Positions 12,099-22,079 of a stretch of DNA of 64,000 bases are shown here, one piece after another. Below the pieces are notes generated by a model that was not told the DNA's origin, did no database searches, and saw only the letters and a program-made list of their open reading frames with translations. A program made the translations under genes and the position numbers. The DNA is taken from the NCBI RefSeq assembly GCF_035084215.1, contig NW_027139559.1:6510001-6574000 (forward strand), in the 5' to 3' direction. Within the stretch, counting starts at the first letter, position 1; each line of letters opens with the position of its first letter. Origin of the DNA: Heptranchias perlo (Eukaryota).

Positions 12099-12177
12099 TA
12101 GAGCGTGGTGAAGTGGCCTGAACCCGGATATTGATACTCCAGTATTGTCAGGGCGCGATTCGACTTTCGTCACTCAT
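12099..12177 (+). pseudogene. Highly degenerate tRNA-Leu(AAG/TAG)-like remnant, right-arm copy
   Basis: AGCGTGG..AGTGG.CT.A...GGAT...CTCCAGT...GGGCG..ATTCGA is colinear with tRNA-Leu AGCGTGGCCGAGCGGTCTAAGGCGCTGGAT...CTCCAGT...GGCGTGGGTTCGA. Confidence 0.4.
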
Positions 12178-12762
12178 AAACTTTCCATAGACACGGAGGG
12201 ATTGGAGGTTGCGATTACATAAATATCACAGTCAAACAAACACACTCACACTTTGTATATGCACACTTGAGGTTTTACAATAGTGGGGGGCACTAGTTAA
12301 TGTTCTTTAAATGAGGGGCAGTATTTGGGGTTGCATGATAGACTGGAGCAGTAGTTACCGTTGTGTTTTAGTGAGGTGGGGAATTTAAGATAGACTGCAC
12401 CAGATTCCTGGTGTCATAGCACGGAACATTTTTAACCAAGTCCTATAATACCGTCTGTAAAATGAGAACGGAAGACATGTGAACACATGCAAAACACAAA
12501 ACCTTATTAAAGTTTTGACTGTCTCGGTTACCATGATAGGATTTCCTTCAGTCTGAAACAGAAAGTTAGCAGTTGATTAATGGCGATTAGAACAATTATT
12601 CATCTGTTTTACAGATTTTATTGAGATTTGCTTAATTAATACAGTAAACTGTTTTGAAACATGTATTTCCCTGATTGGGAATCGAATACATCTCCCGCAT
12701 TGAAAACATTTGCAAATCGCTGTTCTATTTTGAGTTGTTCTTAGAATAATATACAGAGCTGA

Positions 12763-12839
12763 GTTTCCGTAGTGTGTGTGGTGTTTATCAGTCTCGCCTA
12801 ATACATGAAAAGTCTCTGATTTGAAATTGTGTGGAATTA
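12763..12839 (+). pseudogene. tRNA-Val(AAC)-like pseudogene
   Basis: GTTTCCGTAGTGT...TTATCA..CTCGCCTAATACATGAAAAGTCTCTGATTTGAAA aligns to tRNA-Val. Many differences are CpG-to-TpG/CpA changes and the B box is broken. Confidence 0.75.
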
Positions 12840-13489
12840 TTTTGAAAACATTCCCCATTAAAAACGAATAAATGTTACAAGATGAAGAATTCATTCTGAG
12901 GTTAAATATGAATAAAATACAATATCTCACAGCCCCGGTGTATTCTTTCATTCTCTGTACAGTTCTACACACAGTCAAACACTACACAGATACCGGCAGT
13001 ATCTCTCCCTCACTCCCGTTCCCTGCCCTGATGATGCAGAAAACCCCTCTCAAAGCTGCACATTCAGTTGATTTGTGAGAGTTCATTAAAGGATCCTGCA
13101 GCGCTGCCTCCGTTAATCACAATCGGCTGTAACCGCATTTCATCAGCGGCACCAAAGCCATCAGTTTTTCGCCTGTCCCCAGCACCAGGATTGAGTGAGG
13201 CCTCGACAAGCAGCAACATTGAGGCCGCCTGTCCAGCCCCGCTCTTCCCAATCACCCGCTGCCGGTGTAAAGCAGTGAATGGAGCCTCAGATATCGCATC
13301 ACTGCCCCTCCCTGGGAAACAAGATGCCACGGCCTGGTCAAAACTCCCCATACACCGAGCACATGGGTAGGAAATACTGGGAAGATTGTGTCCCAGTCAC
13401 TCAGACCTCCTGAAGCATTGAACGAACTCCGAAATCAGTAAAAATTCATTTGGATTTTAATCTGGAAATTAGAGAATGTGACCACGGCA

Positions 13490-13561
13490 CCCAGGAGTGG
13501 GGTGTCTGAGGCGCTGCGTTCAGGCCGCATGGAGACGTTGGTTCGAATCGCAGTCCTCACG
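13490..13561 (+). pseudogene. tRNA-Leu(CAG)-like pseudogene
   Basis: GTCTGAGGCGCTGCGTTCAGGCCGCA-TGGAGACGTTGGTTCGAATCGCAGTCCTCAC matches the tRNA-Leu-CAG anticodon and T arms. The 5' end and variable arm are damaged. Confidence 0.75.
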
Positions 13562-13939
13562 TTCAGGCCTTTAAAAAAAGATGGAGCAATTTTTGGTGCA
13601 TTCGGCTGGAGGTGATTTTTCAGCCGAGTTGATTTGCTCCTTCCTGAAAACCAACCCGACCTGCATCCGAATCCTAAGCACCAGATCATCAGGGAACCTG
13701 CTGCAATTTTCCTGCGAGCAAGCCGACAAACGCTGCTTTTCCTACTTGTACCTTTGAAATTCAGTTCACTTCCACCCAAAAGAAGCTGCTGGCTCGATAT
13801 GACATTTACTGTAAGAACACGAAAGACTTATTCAGAGAATGAAATCACCAAGTGCGGGGAGGCATGAACCTGGAATGGACAGTGAGGGGAAATACTATCA
13901 CAAGTTGCTGGTGTAACTGTTTCCATTTCCAAAACCAAC

Positions 13940-14335
13940 CTTTTTTTATTCGTTCATGGGACGTTGGCATCGATGGCAAGGCCAGCATTTATTGCCCTTG
14001 AGAATATAATGTATGAGCCGCCACCTTGAACTTCAGAAGGTGATTAAGAATCAACCATATTGCTGTGGGTCTGGAATCACATATAGGCCAGACCGGGAAA
14101 AGACGTCAGGTTTGCTTCCCGAAAGGACATTAGTGAACCAGATGGGTTTTGTACGACAATCTGGTAATTACATGGCCAGCATTACGGATCGTTTTTTTTT
14201 CCAGATTTGGAGTAAATTAATTGAATTTAAATTCCCCAGCTACCGTGGTGGGAATTTGAATTCATTTCTCCGGCTTGTTAGTCCATGCTTCGGGATTATT
14301 AGTCCAGTAACATAACCACAATGCTAGCGTACCCT
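13940..14335 (-). mobile_element. Bipartite non-autonomous retroelement (tRNA-like head plus LINE 3' tail)
   Basis: 14031-14335 matches the LINE 5' region at 61680-61985. 13940-14031 matches the LINE 3' end at 37135-37237 and ends in a poly(A)-like run. Confidence 0.8.
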
Positions 14336-14689
14336 TACCTACCGTACCCCTTACCTGCATGATCAATGCAAGGCAACGCCGGCCTATCATGCCTCATTTG
14401 AAGCAAGTGGCACTCACATTTTCTGCCAGTTTCACCTGCCATCTCCTTCTGCTTCTGTCTGTTATTTTCCTCCAGCTTCCTCTGTTCCTCCCCATGCCGG
14501 GGAACTCGATGTTCGAAGCAAATGCAACGAATGAAATAAAACCTCACCAGGAAAGCAGGGAGAGGGGAAAAAAGATGTTGGTCATTGAGAGACGATGGAT
14601 TTTGCAGGTGCCAGGATAAATAGACAAGAATATTTAATCTCCATCCCTCTTTCAGCTACTGAATATCTTAATGCTCAAGCCAATTATCT

Positions 14690-15125
14690 CGAGTCGCACT
14701 GTCCCTCCAATCCTGCACACGGTGCTTAGCTTTGAAACACTCCATCACTCCTGTGCTCGCTCAGCTACATTGGCTCGCGGTCCGCCGATGACTCGATTTT
14801 ATAAATCACATCCTTGTGTTCAAATCCCTCCGTGGCCTCGCCTCTCCCTATCGCTGTAACCACACACAACCCTACAACCCTCCGAGATCACTGAGTTCCT
14901 CAAATTATGACCTCTTGTTAACTGATTTTAATCGCTCCACCATTGACGGTCTTGCCTTCAGCTGCCTGGGCCCATATCTCTGGAATACCCGACTTAAACC
15001 CCTCCGCCTCTCTCTCCTCATTCATGACGCTCCTTAAAACCACCTTTTATGACGATGTTTTAGTTCACCTGTCCGAATATCTCCTTTCTTGCACCTGTGC
15101 CAAATTTTATCTGATTAAAAATGTG
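14690..15125 (+). mobile_element. L2-type LINE 3' fragment, decayed
   Basis: ITPVLAQLHWL and FKSLRGLASPY segments followed by GLAFSCLGPYLWN, typical of the L2 ORF2 C-terminus. Confidence 0.7.
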
Positions 15126-15734
15126 GTCTGTCTCACGCGGACCTTCAGCTCAACAGAGCCCATTCCCACCACGAGTGACCTGCAAGGAGAGGTTGCAGAT
15201 TTCACTGTTTCTGATGACGCGGATAATGAGGTTGTGTCATTTCAGTGTGTGGCATGACAGAGACAAGGGGGATGAGAACAGAAACAGGTCCTGCAAGAAC
15301 ATCAACATCCCATCAGTCCAAGTCCCTTTGCTGCTGCTGTGTTGGACCTGGCACAGAATGGCTGGAGGGAGGACAGTTTACGTTGCATTGATAACAGGGA
15401 TAAAAGTAAAACGTTATATTCCTTATACCCAAGTTGAGCGAGGCGCCAAGACATAAACAGTGTCTTGGTACAGGGACAAAGAGTTTGACTATTCGAGATG
15501 TGGAAAGTGACTTGACACTTTGGGCTGCTTGACAGAGCATCAGTTCGTTCAATGTGGAGTGAACCTGCTGAGTGACCCGGATCAGGTCGGAGGCTGGTGA
15601 CTACACCCTGTGGATTATCAGGGATGAAATGTAACTTCGGCGCGGCGGAATGACAGGCAGCAGCACATCGGCCGCCCGCTTTGCACCCCGTGACTTCAAT
15701 GGAAAGGAGAATTGAGTGGGATGTATAATAAAGG

Positions 15735-17412
15735 TAAGGAATCTTAGAACACCAGGTTATGGTCCAATAATTTTATTTTAAAATCACAAACTTTCAGAGA
15801 TTATCCCCTTCGTCAGGTGAGTGAGTGAATAAGAGGTTCTCAAATTGCATATCTTATATTAGGCTGGGACACCATCACACCAATCAAGAGGTGTCGTTAG
15901 TGTTCAGACAGGTTAGCCACGGAAAACAGTAGTTCCCAGTATGCTGAATACACATTGTGTCAAATTAGACTGACAGAGAGAAAGAGACCCAAAAGGCAGA
16001 GAGAGAGAGAGAGGGAATATTAAAAACAGATAACTTTTTTCCCCTTGCTGGTGGGGTTACGTGTAGCTTGACATGAACCCAAGATCCCGTTTGAGGCCGT
16101 CCTCATGGGTGCGGAACTTGGCTATCAATTTCTGCTCGACGATTTTGCGTTGTCGTGTGTCTCGAAGGCCGCCTTGGAGAACGCTTACCCGAAGATCGTT
16201 GGCGGAATGTCCTTTACTGCTAAAGTGTTCCCCGACTGGGAGGGAACCCTCCTGTCTGGCGATTGTTGCGCGGTGTCCGTTCATCCGTTATCGCAGTGTC
16301 TGCATGGTCTAGCCAATGTACCATGCTCCGGGGCATCCTTTCCTGCAACGTATGAGGTAGACAACGTTGGCCGAGTCACAGGAGTATGAACCATGTACCT
16401 GGTGGGTGGTGTCCTCTCGTGTGATGGTGGTATCTGTGTCGATGATCTGGCATGTTTTGCAGAGGTTGCCGTGGCAGGGTTGCGTGGTGTCGTGGAAGCT
16501 GTTCTCCTGAAATCTGGTTAATTTGCTGCGAACGATGGTCTGTTTGAGGTTGGGTGGCTGTTTGAAGGCGAGTATTGGAGGCGTGGGAATGGCCTTCGCG
16601 AGGTGTTCGTCGTCATCGATGACATGTTGAAGGCTGTGGAGAACATGGCGTAGTTTCTCCGCTCCTGGGAAGTACTGGACTACGAAGGGTACTCTGTTGG
16701 TTGCGTCCCGTGTTTGTCTTCTCAGGAGGTCCATGCGATTCTTCGCTGTGGCCCATCGGAACTGCCGATCGACAAGTCGAGCGTCATATCCCGTTCTGAC
16801 GAGGGCATCTTTCAGCGTATGTAGGTGTCCATCGCGTTCCTCCTCGTCTGAGCAGATCCTGTGTATCCGCAGTGCCTGTCCATAGGGGATGGCCTCTTTG
16901 ACATGGTTGGGGTGGAAGCTGGAAAAGTGGAGCATCGTGAGGTTGTCCGTGGGCTTGCGGTAGAGTGAGGTGCTGAGGTGCCCGTCTTTGATGGAGATTC
17001 GTGTGTCCAAGAAAGAAACTGATTCTAAGGAGTAGTCCATGGTGAGCTTGATGGTGGGATGGAACTTGTTGATGTTTTCGTGTCGTCTTTTCAGTGATTG
17101 TTCACCGTGGGTCCGTAGGAAGAAAATGTCGTCGATGTATCTGGTGTATAGTGTTAGTTGGAGGTCCTGTGCAGTGAAGAAGCCCTGCTCGAACTTGTGC
17201 ATGAAAATGTTGGCGTATTGGGGTGCGGATTTGGTCCCCATGACTGTTCTGTGTGTTTGGGTAAAGAACTGGTTATCGAAGGTGAATATATTGTGATCCA
17301 GGATGAAGCGGATGAGTTGTAGGATGGCGTCTGGAGATTGGCTGTTGTTGGTGTTGAGTACTGAGGCTGTTGCAGCGATGCCGTCATCGTGGCGGGATAC
17401 TGGTGTAGATTG
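15735..17412 (-). mobile_element. Penelope-like retroelement, 5'-truncated: RT + GIY-YIG endonuclease + 3' terminal repeat
   Basis: RT motifs MGTKSAPQYANIFM, RYIDDIF, FLD and YRKPT. GIY-YIG region NVVYLIRC..C...YIG, then RMNGHR and VGEHF. A premature stop follows YIG. Confidence 0.93.
15784..15820 (-). ncRNA. Degenerate hammerhead ribozyme-like motif in the Penelope 3' repeat
   Basis: Minus strand TCAC-CTGACGA-A-GGGGA-TAA-TCTCT-GAAA-GTTT-GTGA. Confidence 0.55.
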
Positions 17413-17549
17413 CGGAAGCTTCACCCACAGAAAGAACTGGATGGATTGAGAAATTGCAGGAGGCACAATTGGAGATCCTCCCTGACAGCGCCTTAGTTTC
17501 AGGCCTTCAGTGACAGACCTGCAGAGAGTGATTGTTAGTGTTCCTTTGT

Positions 17550-17765
17550 TTGCAGCCTTGTCTCGGGTATCAGCACTCTCGCTTTTAAGTGATGAATGTC
17601 GTGAGTTCCAGGCTCACTGCGGAAACTTGAGCAAATTATCGAGGCTGACACTTTAGTGCCGTACTGAGGGAGTGCTGCACTGTCAGAGGGGACGATAAAT
17701 GGAGGCCCAGCCTGCTCTCAGATTGACGTGAAAGATCCCACGACAATGCTCGAAGAAGGGCAGGC
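17550..17765 (+). mobile_element. tRNA-derived SINE with a Deu domain (SacSINE1/DeuSINE-like), partial
   Basis: GTACTGAGGGAGTGCTGCACTGTCAGAGG...GACGTGAAAGATCCCA..GAAGAAG core, recognised from memory, preceded by a decayed tRNA-like head. Confidence 0.7.
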
Positions 17766-17769
17766 GAGA

Positions 17770-20700
17770 AGACCTGGAGCAATCAAGAATAAAGATATTT
17801 AATCGGAGGACGGCCAATTTCAGTGCGCTGAGAACGGATCTGGCCCGGCTCAATTGGAATCAAACATAAGCAGGCAAAACAGTAAACGAACAATGGAGGG
17901 CCTTTAAAGAGGAGAAGGCTCGTGTGGAGTCTAGGTAAGTTGTTAGAGGGTATTCTGAGAGACAGGATCTACGGGCATTTGGAGAGGCAGGGACTGATTA
18001 GGAACAGTCAGCATGGTTTTGTGAGAGGAAAATCATGTCTCACGAATTTGATTGAGTTTTTTGAAGGGGTAACCAAGAAGATAGATGAGGGCTGTGCAGT
18101 CGACGTAGTCTACATGGACTTTAGCAAAGCCTTTGACAAGGTACTGCATGGTAGGTTGTTACATAAGGTTAAATCTCACGGGATCCAAGGTGAGGTAGCC
18201 AATTGGATACAACATTAGCTTGACGACAGAAGACACAGGGTGGGTGTAGAGGGTTGTTTTTCAAATTGGAGGCCTGTGACCAGCGGTGTGCCTCAGGGAT
18301 CGGTGCTGGGTCCGCTGTTATTTGTTATTTATATTAATGATTTGGATGGGAATTTAGGAGGCATGGTTAGTAAGTTTGCAGATGACACCAAGATTGGTGG
18401 CATCGTGGACAGTGAAGAAGTTTATCTAGGATTGCAACGGGATCTTGATAAATTGGGCCAGTGGGCCGATGAATGGCAGATGGAGTTTAATTTAGATAAA
18501 TGTGAGGTGATGCATTTTGGGAGATCGAATGGGGCCATTTCCTACTCCGTTAATGGTAGGGCGTTGGGGAGAGTTATCGAAGAAAGAGATCTCGGAGTAC
18601 AGGTTCATAGCTCCTTGAAAGTGGAGTCACAGGTGGATAGGGTGGTGAAGAAGGCATTCAGCTTGCTTGGTTTCATTGGTCAGAACATTGAATACAGGAG
18701 TTGGGATGTCTTGTTGAAGTTGTACAAGACATTAGTAAGGCCACACTTGGAATACTGTGTACAGTTCTGGTCACCCTATTATAGAAAGGATATTATTAAG
18801 CTAGAAAGAGTGCAGAAAAGATTTACTAGGATGCTGCCGGGACTTGATGGTTTGACTGATAGGGAGAGTTTAGATAGACTGGGACTTTTTTCCCTGGAGA
18901 TTAGGAGGTTGAGGGGTGATCTTATACAAGTCTATAAAATAATGAGGGGCATAGATAAGGTAGATAGTCAAAATATTTTCCCAAAGGTAGGGGAGTCTAT
19001 AACGAGGGGACATAGATTTAAGGTGAGAGGGGAGAGATAAAAAAGGGTCCAGAGGGGCAATTTTTTCACTCAAAGGGTGGTGAGTGTCTGGAACGAGCTG
19101 CCAGAGGCAGTAGTAGAGGCGGGTACAATTTTGTCTTTTAAAAAGCATTTGGACAGTTACATGAGTAAGATGGGTATAGAGGGATATGGGCCAAGTGCAA
19201 GCAAATGGGACTAGCTTAGTGGTATAAACTGGGCGACATGGACATGTTGGGCCGCAGGGCATGTTTCCATTTTGGAAACTTCTATGATTCCCACGAGGAG
19301 GAAAGGTAGCGCAAGCAAAGATAGAGCTCCTTGGATGACGAAAGAGATAGAGAGTAAGATGAAGCAGAAAATAGGCTGTATGACAATGTCTTGTTGATTA
19401 GGCCAGAGATAACAGGCTGAATGTAGAAAGTTCAGAGTAGAAGTGAAATTGGAAATAAGAAGGGCAAAGAGAGAGTAGGCGAATAGACTGGCGGCTCACA
19501 TAAAAGAGAATCCAAAAGACTTCTATTGGCATATAAACATTAAACTGGCAGCAAGAGGAGGGATGGGGCCTATTTGGGATGAAAAAGGAAGGAGTTCTAA
19601 CCATGGAGGCAGAGGGCATGGTTGAGGCACTAAGTGAGTACTTTGCATCTGTCTTTACCAAGGAATAAGATGCTGCTCAAGTCACGGTAAAAAAGGAGTT
19701 AGTTAAGATATTGGCTGGGGTAAAAATTGATACCAGAAATGGTGGCTGTGCTTAAAGTAGATAACTCATCCGGTCCGGGTGGATGCATCCGAGGTTTCTG
19801 ATGGAAGTAAGGGTGGAAATTGCAGAGGTATTGGCCATATTCTCCAATCCCCCTTGGATACATGGGTGCTGCCAGATGACTGAAAAATTGAAAATGTTGC
19901 AATCGTGTACAAAAAACGGTGTAAGGATAAACCCGGCAACTACAGACCAGTGAGTTTAACCTAGGTGGTGGGGAAACTTTTAGAAACGATAACCCGGGAC
20001 AAAATTAATAGTCGCTTGGACAAGTGTGGATTAATAAAGAAAAACCAGCACTGATTTGTTAAAGGCAAATCATTTTTAATTAATTTGGTTGAGTTCTTTG
20101 GATCAGATAACAGGGATGGTTGATGAGGGCAATGCGGTTGATGTTGTGCCTATTGAGTTCCAAAAGGCGTTTGATAAAGTGCCGCATAATGGGCTTTTCA
20201 ACAAAATTGAACCCCATGGAACAAAAGGGGCAGTGGCAGCATGGATACGAAATTGGTGAAGTGACAGGAAACAGAGAGTAGTGGTAAATGGCTGTTTTTC
20301 GGGTTAGAGGAAGGCAGACAGTGGTGTTCCCCAAGGGCCGGTACGAGGCACACTGCTTTTTTGATATATATGAATGATTTGAACTTGGGTGTACAGGGCA
20401 CAACTTCAAAATTTGCAGGTGACACAAAATTTGGAAGTGTAGTGTTCAATGAGGAGGATAGTAATAGACTTCAAGAGGACAGAGACAGGCTGCTGGAATG
20501 GGCGGACAGATGGCCGATCAAATTTAACGCAGAGAAGTGCGAAGTGATGCATTTTGGCAGGAAGGGCGAGGAGATGCAATATGAACGAAATGGTACTAAT
20601 CTAAGGGGGTGCAGGAACCGAGAGACATGGGGGCTTATGTGCACAAATCTTTCAAGGTGGCGTGACAGGTTGAGAACGTGATTAAACAAGCATACGGGAT

Positions 20701-20900
20701 TCTGGGCTTTATAAATAGAGGCAGAGAGTATGATAACCTTTAAAAAACACTGGTTCGGCTACAACTGGAGTATTGTTTCTAATTCTGGGCACCGCACTTT
20801 AGGAAGGATGTGAAGACTTTAGAAAAGATGCAGAAAATATTTACTGGAATGTTTCCGTGATGAGGGACTTCAGTTATGAGGATAGACTGGAGAAGCTGGG
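17770..20900 (+). mobile_element. Older CR1 LINE ORF2 fragment split by a nested younger CR1
   Basis: 17770-17935 continues colinearly at ~19288. RT motifs occur at 19900-20900. Confidence 0.8.
17935..19287 (+). mobile_element. Younger 5'-truncated CR1 LINE (RT domain plus 3' UTR)
   Basis: Long near-intact ORFs QHGFVRGKSCLTNL, GVPQGSVLGPLLF and KFADDTK; ends in TTCTATGA. Confidence 0.93.
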
Positions 20901-21410
20901 TAGTCTCAGGATAAGGGGTCAGACATTTAAGGCTTTGATGAGTCGGAATTTCTGAACTCGGAGAGTTGCGAATCTTTGGAATTTTCTTTCCCAGAGGACT
21001 GTGGATGCTGAGTCATTGAATATATTCGAGGCTGAGATCGATAGATTTTTAGATTCTACGGGAATCGATGGATATGGGGATCGGGCAGGGAAGTAGAGTT
21101 GAGGTCGAAGATCAGCCATGATATGATTGAATGGCGGAGCAGGCTCGAGGTGCCGTCTGGCCAACACCTGCTCCTATTCCTTGTGTTGTTATGTTCTTAA
21201 AACTCCTCATAATTTTGAACAACTCTATTAAATCTCCCCTTAATCCTCTTTGCTCTAACAATCACAGCTTTTCCAGTCTCTCCACATAACGGAATTCCCT
21301 CATCCCTTGTACCATTCTGGTAAATCTCCTCTGCAGCCTCTCCGAGGAAGCCTTGACATCCTTTCTAAAGTGTGGTGCCCGGAATTGGACACAATACTCC
21401 AGCTCCAAGC
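20900..21410. mobile_element. CR1 3' UTR piece (+, 20900-21200) followed by an inverted CR1 ORF2 piece (-, 21200-21410)
   Basis: Minus-strand LEYCVQFRAPHFRKDV...ERLEKL mirrors 20760-20900. Confidence 0.8.
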
Positions 21411-21519
21411 GGCATATCTTGTACGGCCGTGGATCAGACTGCATTGGTTTATCCCAGCATCTCTGTCAGACTGTTATTTCTTTCTTTTCGCTTGACACCT
21501 GCCATTAGCTGCCCTGTGG

Positions 21520-21590
21520 GCATTGGTGGTTCTGGTGTAGAATTCTAGCGTACCACGCGGGAGACACCGCTTCGATTCCCGGTCAATACA
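21520..21590 (+). pseudogene. tRNA-Gly(GCC)-derived pseudogene (anticodon position now ACC)
   Basis: GCATTGGTGGTTCTGGTGTAGAATTCTAGCGTACCACGCGGGAGACACCGCTTCGATTCCCGGTCAATACA is full length and colinear with tRNA-Gly-GCC, but has mismatched stems. Confidence 0.85.
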
Positions 21591-21818
21591 GGACATGTTG
21601 CAATCTGCACTAATGGGATCGCCTGAATTGGGATAAATTCACTTCAGCTTCAATGTCCACACCAACTTGCGACATTTTCTTCTCTCTATGTGTATTGCAT
21701 CATCAAACCAACTCCATCCTATCCACTGGAGCTCAATCATGCTCTTGGTATAAGTCAATCCTGAATTCTGCAAGGCTGAAGCCAATTGGTGAATCTTGAC
21801 TAAAAATGGAAAAGAGCA

Positions 21819-21885
21819 GTGCTTGTCCGGGATTTGAAGCAGCGAGAGCCCCAAATCATAAATCGTGCACTAAGACCACCGAGTT
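21819..21885 (-). pseudogene. Degenerate tRNA-Pro-like remnant
   Basis: The plus strand GCTTGTCCGGGATTTGAA...CCCAAA..AATC...AGACCACCGAG matches the reverse complement of tRNA-Pro(TGG). Confidence 0.6.
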
Positions 21886-22079
21886 GCTGGGATCGATGGC
21901 GTACTTCAATTCTAAAATTTCCCTGCCACCCAGAGGCGGTCAGCCACCCTTTCATCACTTCTGTCCATCCAATCTCGCTTTCTTATACGATGTACAGCAC
22001 CGTTAACTGGTGCATGAACTGTTTCAAGACAACAACATTAGGTTCTCTTCAGCAAATCCGTTTTGATTGCACGACTTCT

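Larger units (their letters stand above)
10420..12590. repeat. Large inverted duplication: arms ~10420-11547 and 11740-~12590, spacer 11548-11739
   Basis: The arms are reverse complements. The near-identical ORFs 11308..11553(+) and 11707..11982(-) show this directly. Confidence 0.93.

Noticed and set aside
13064-13370. Overlapping GC-richer ORFs on both strands
   Set aside because: No recognisable domain or splice structure; probably decayed repeat or tRNA-cluster spacer.
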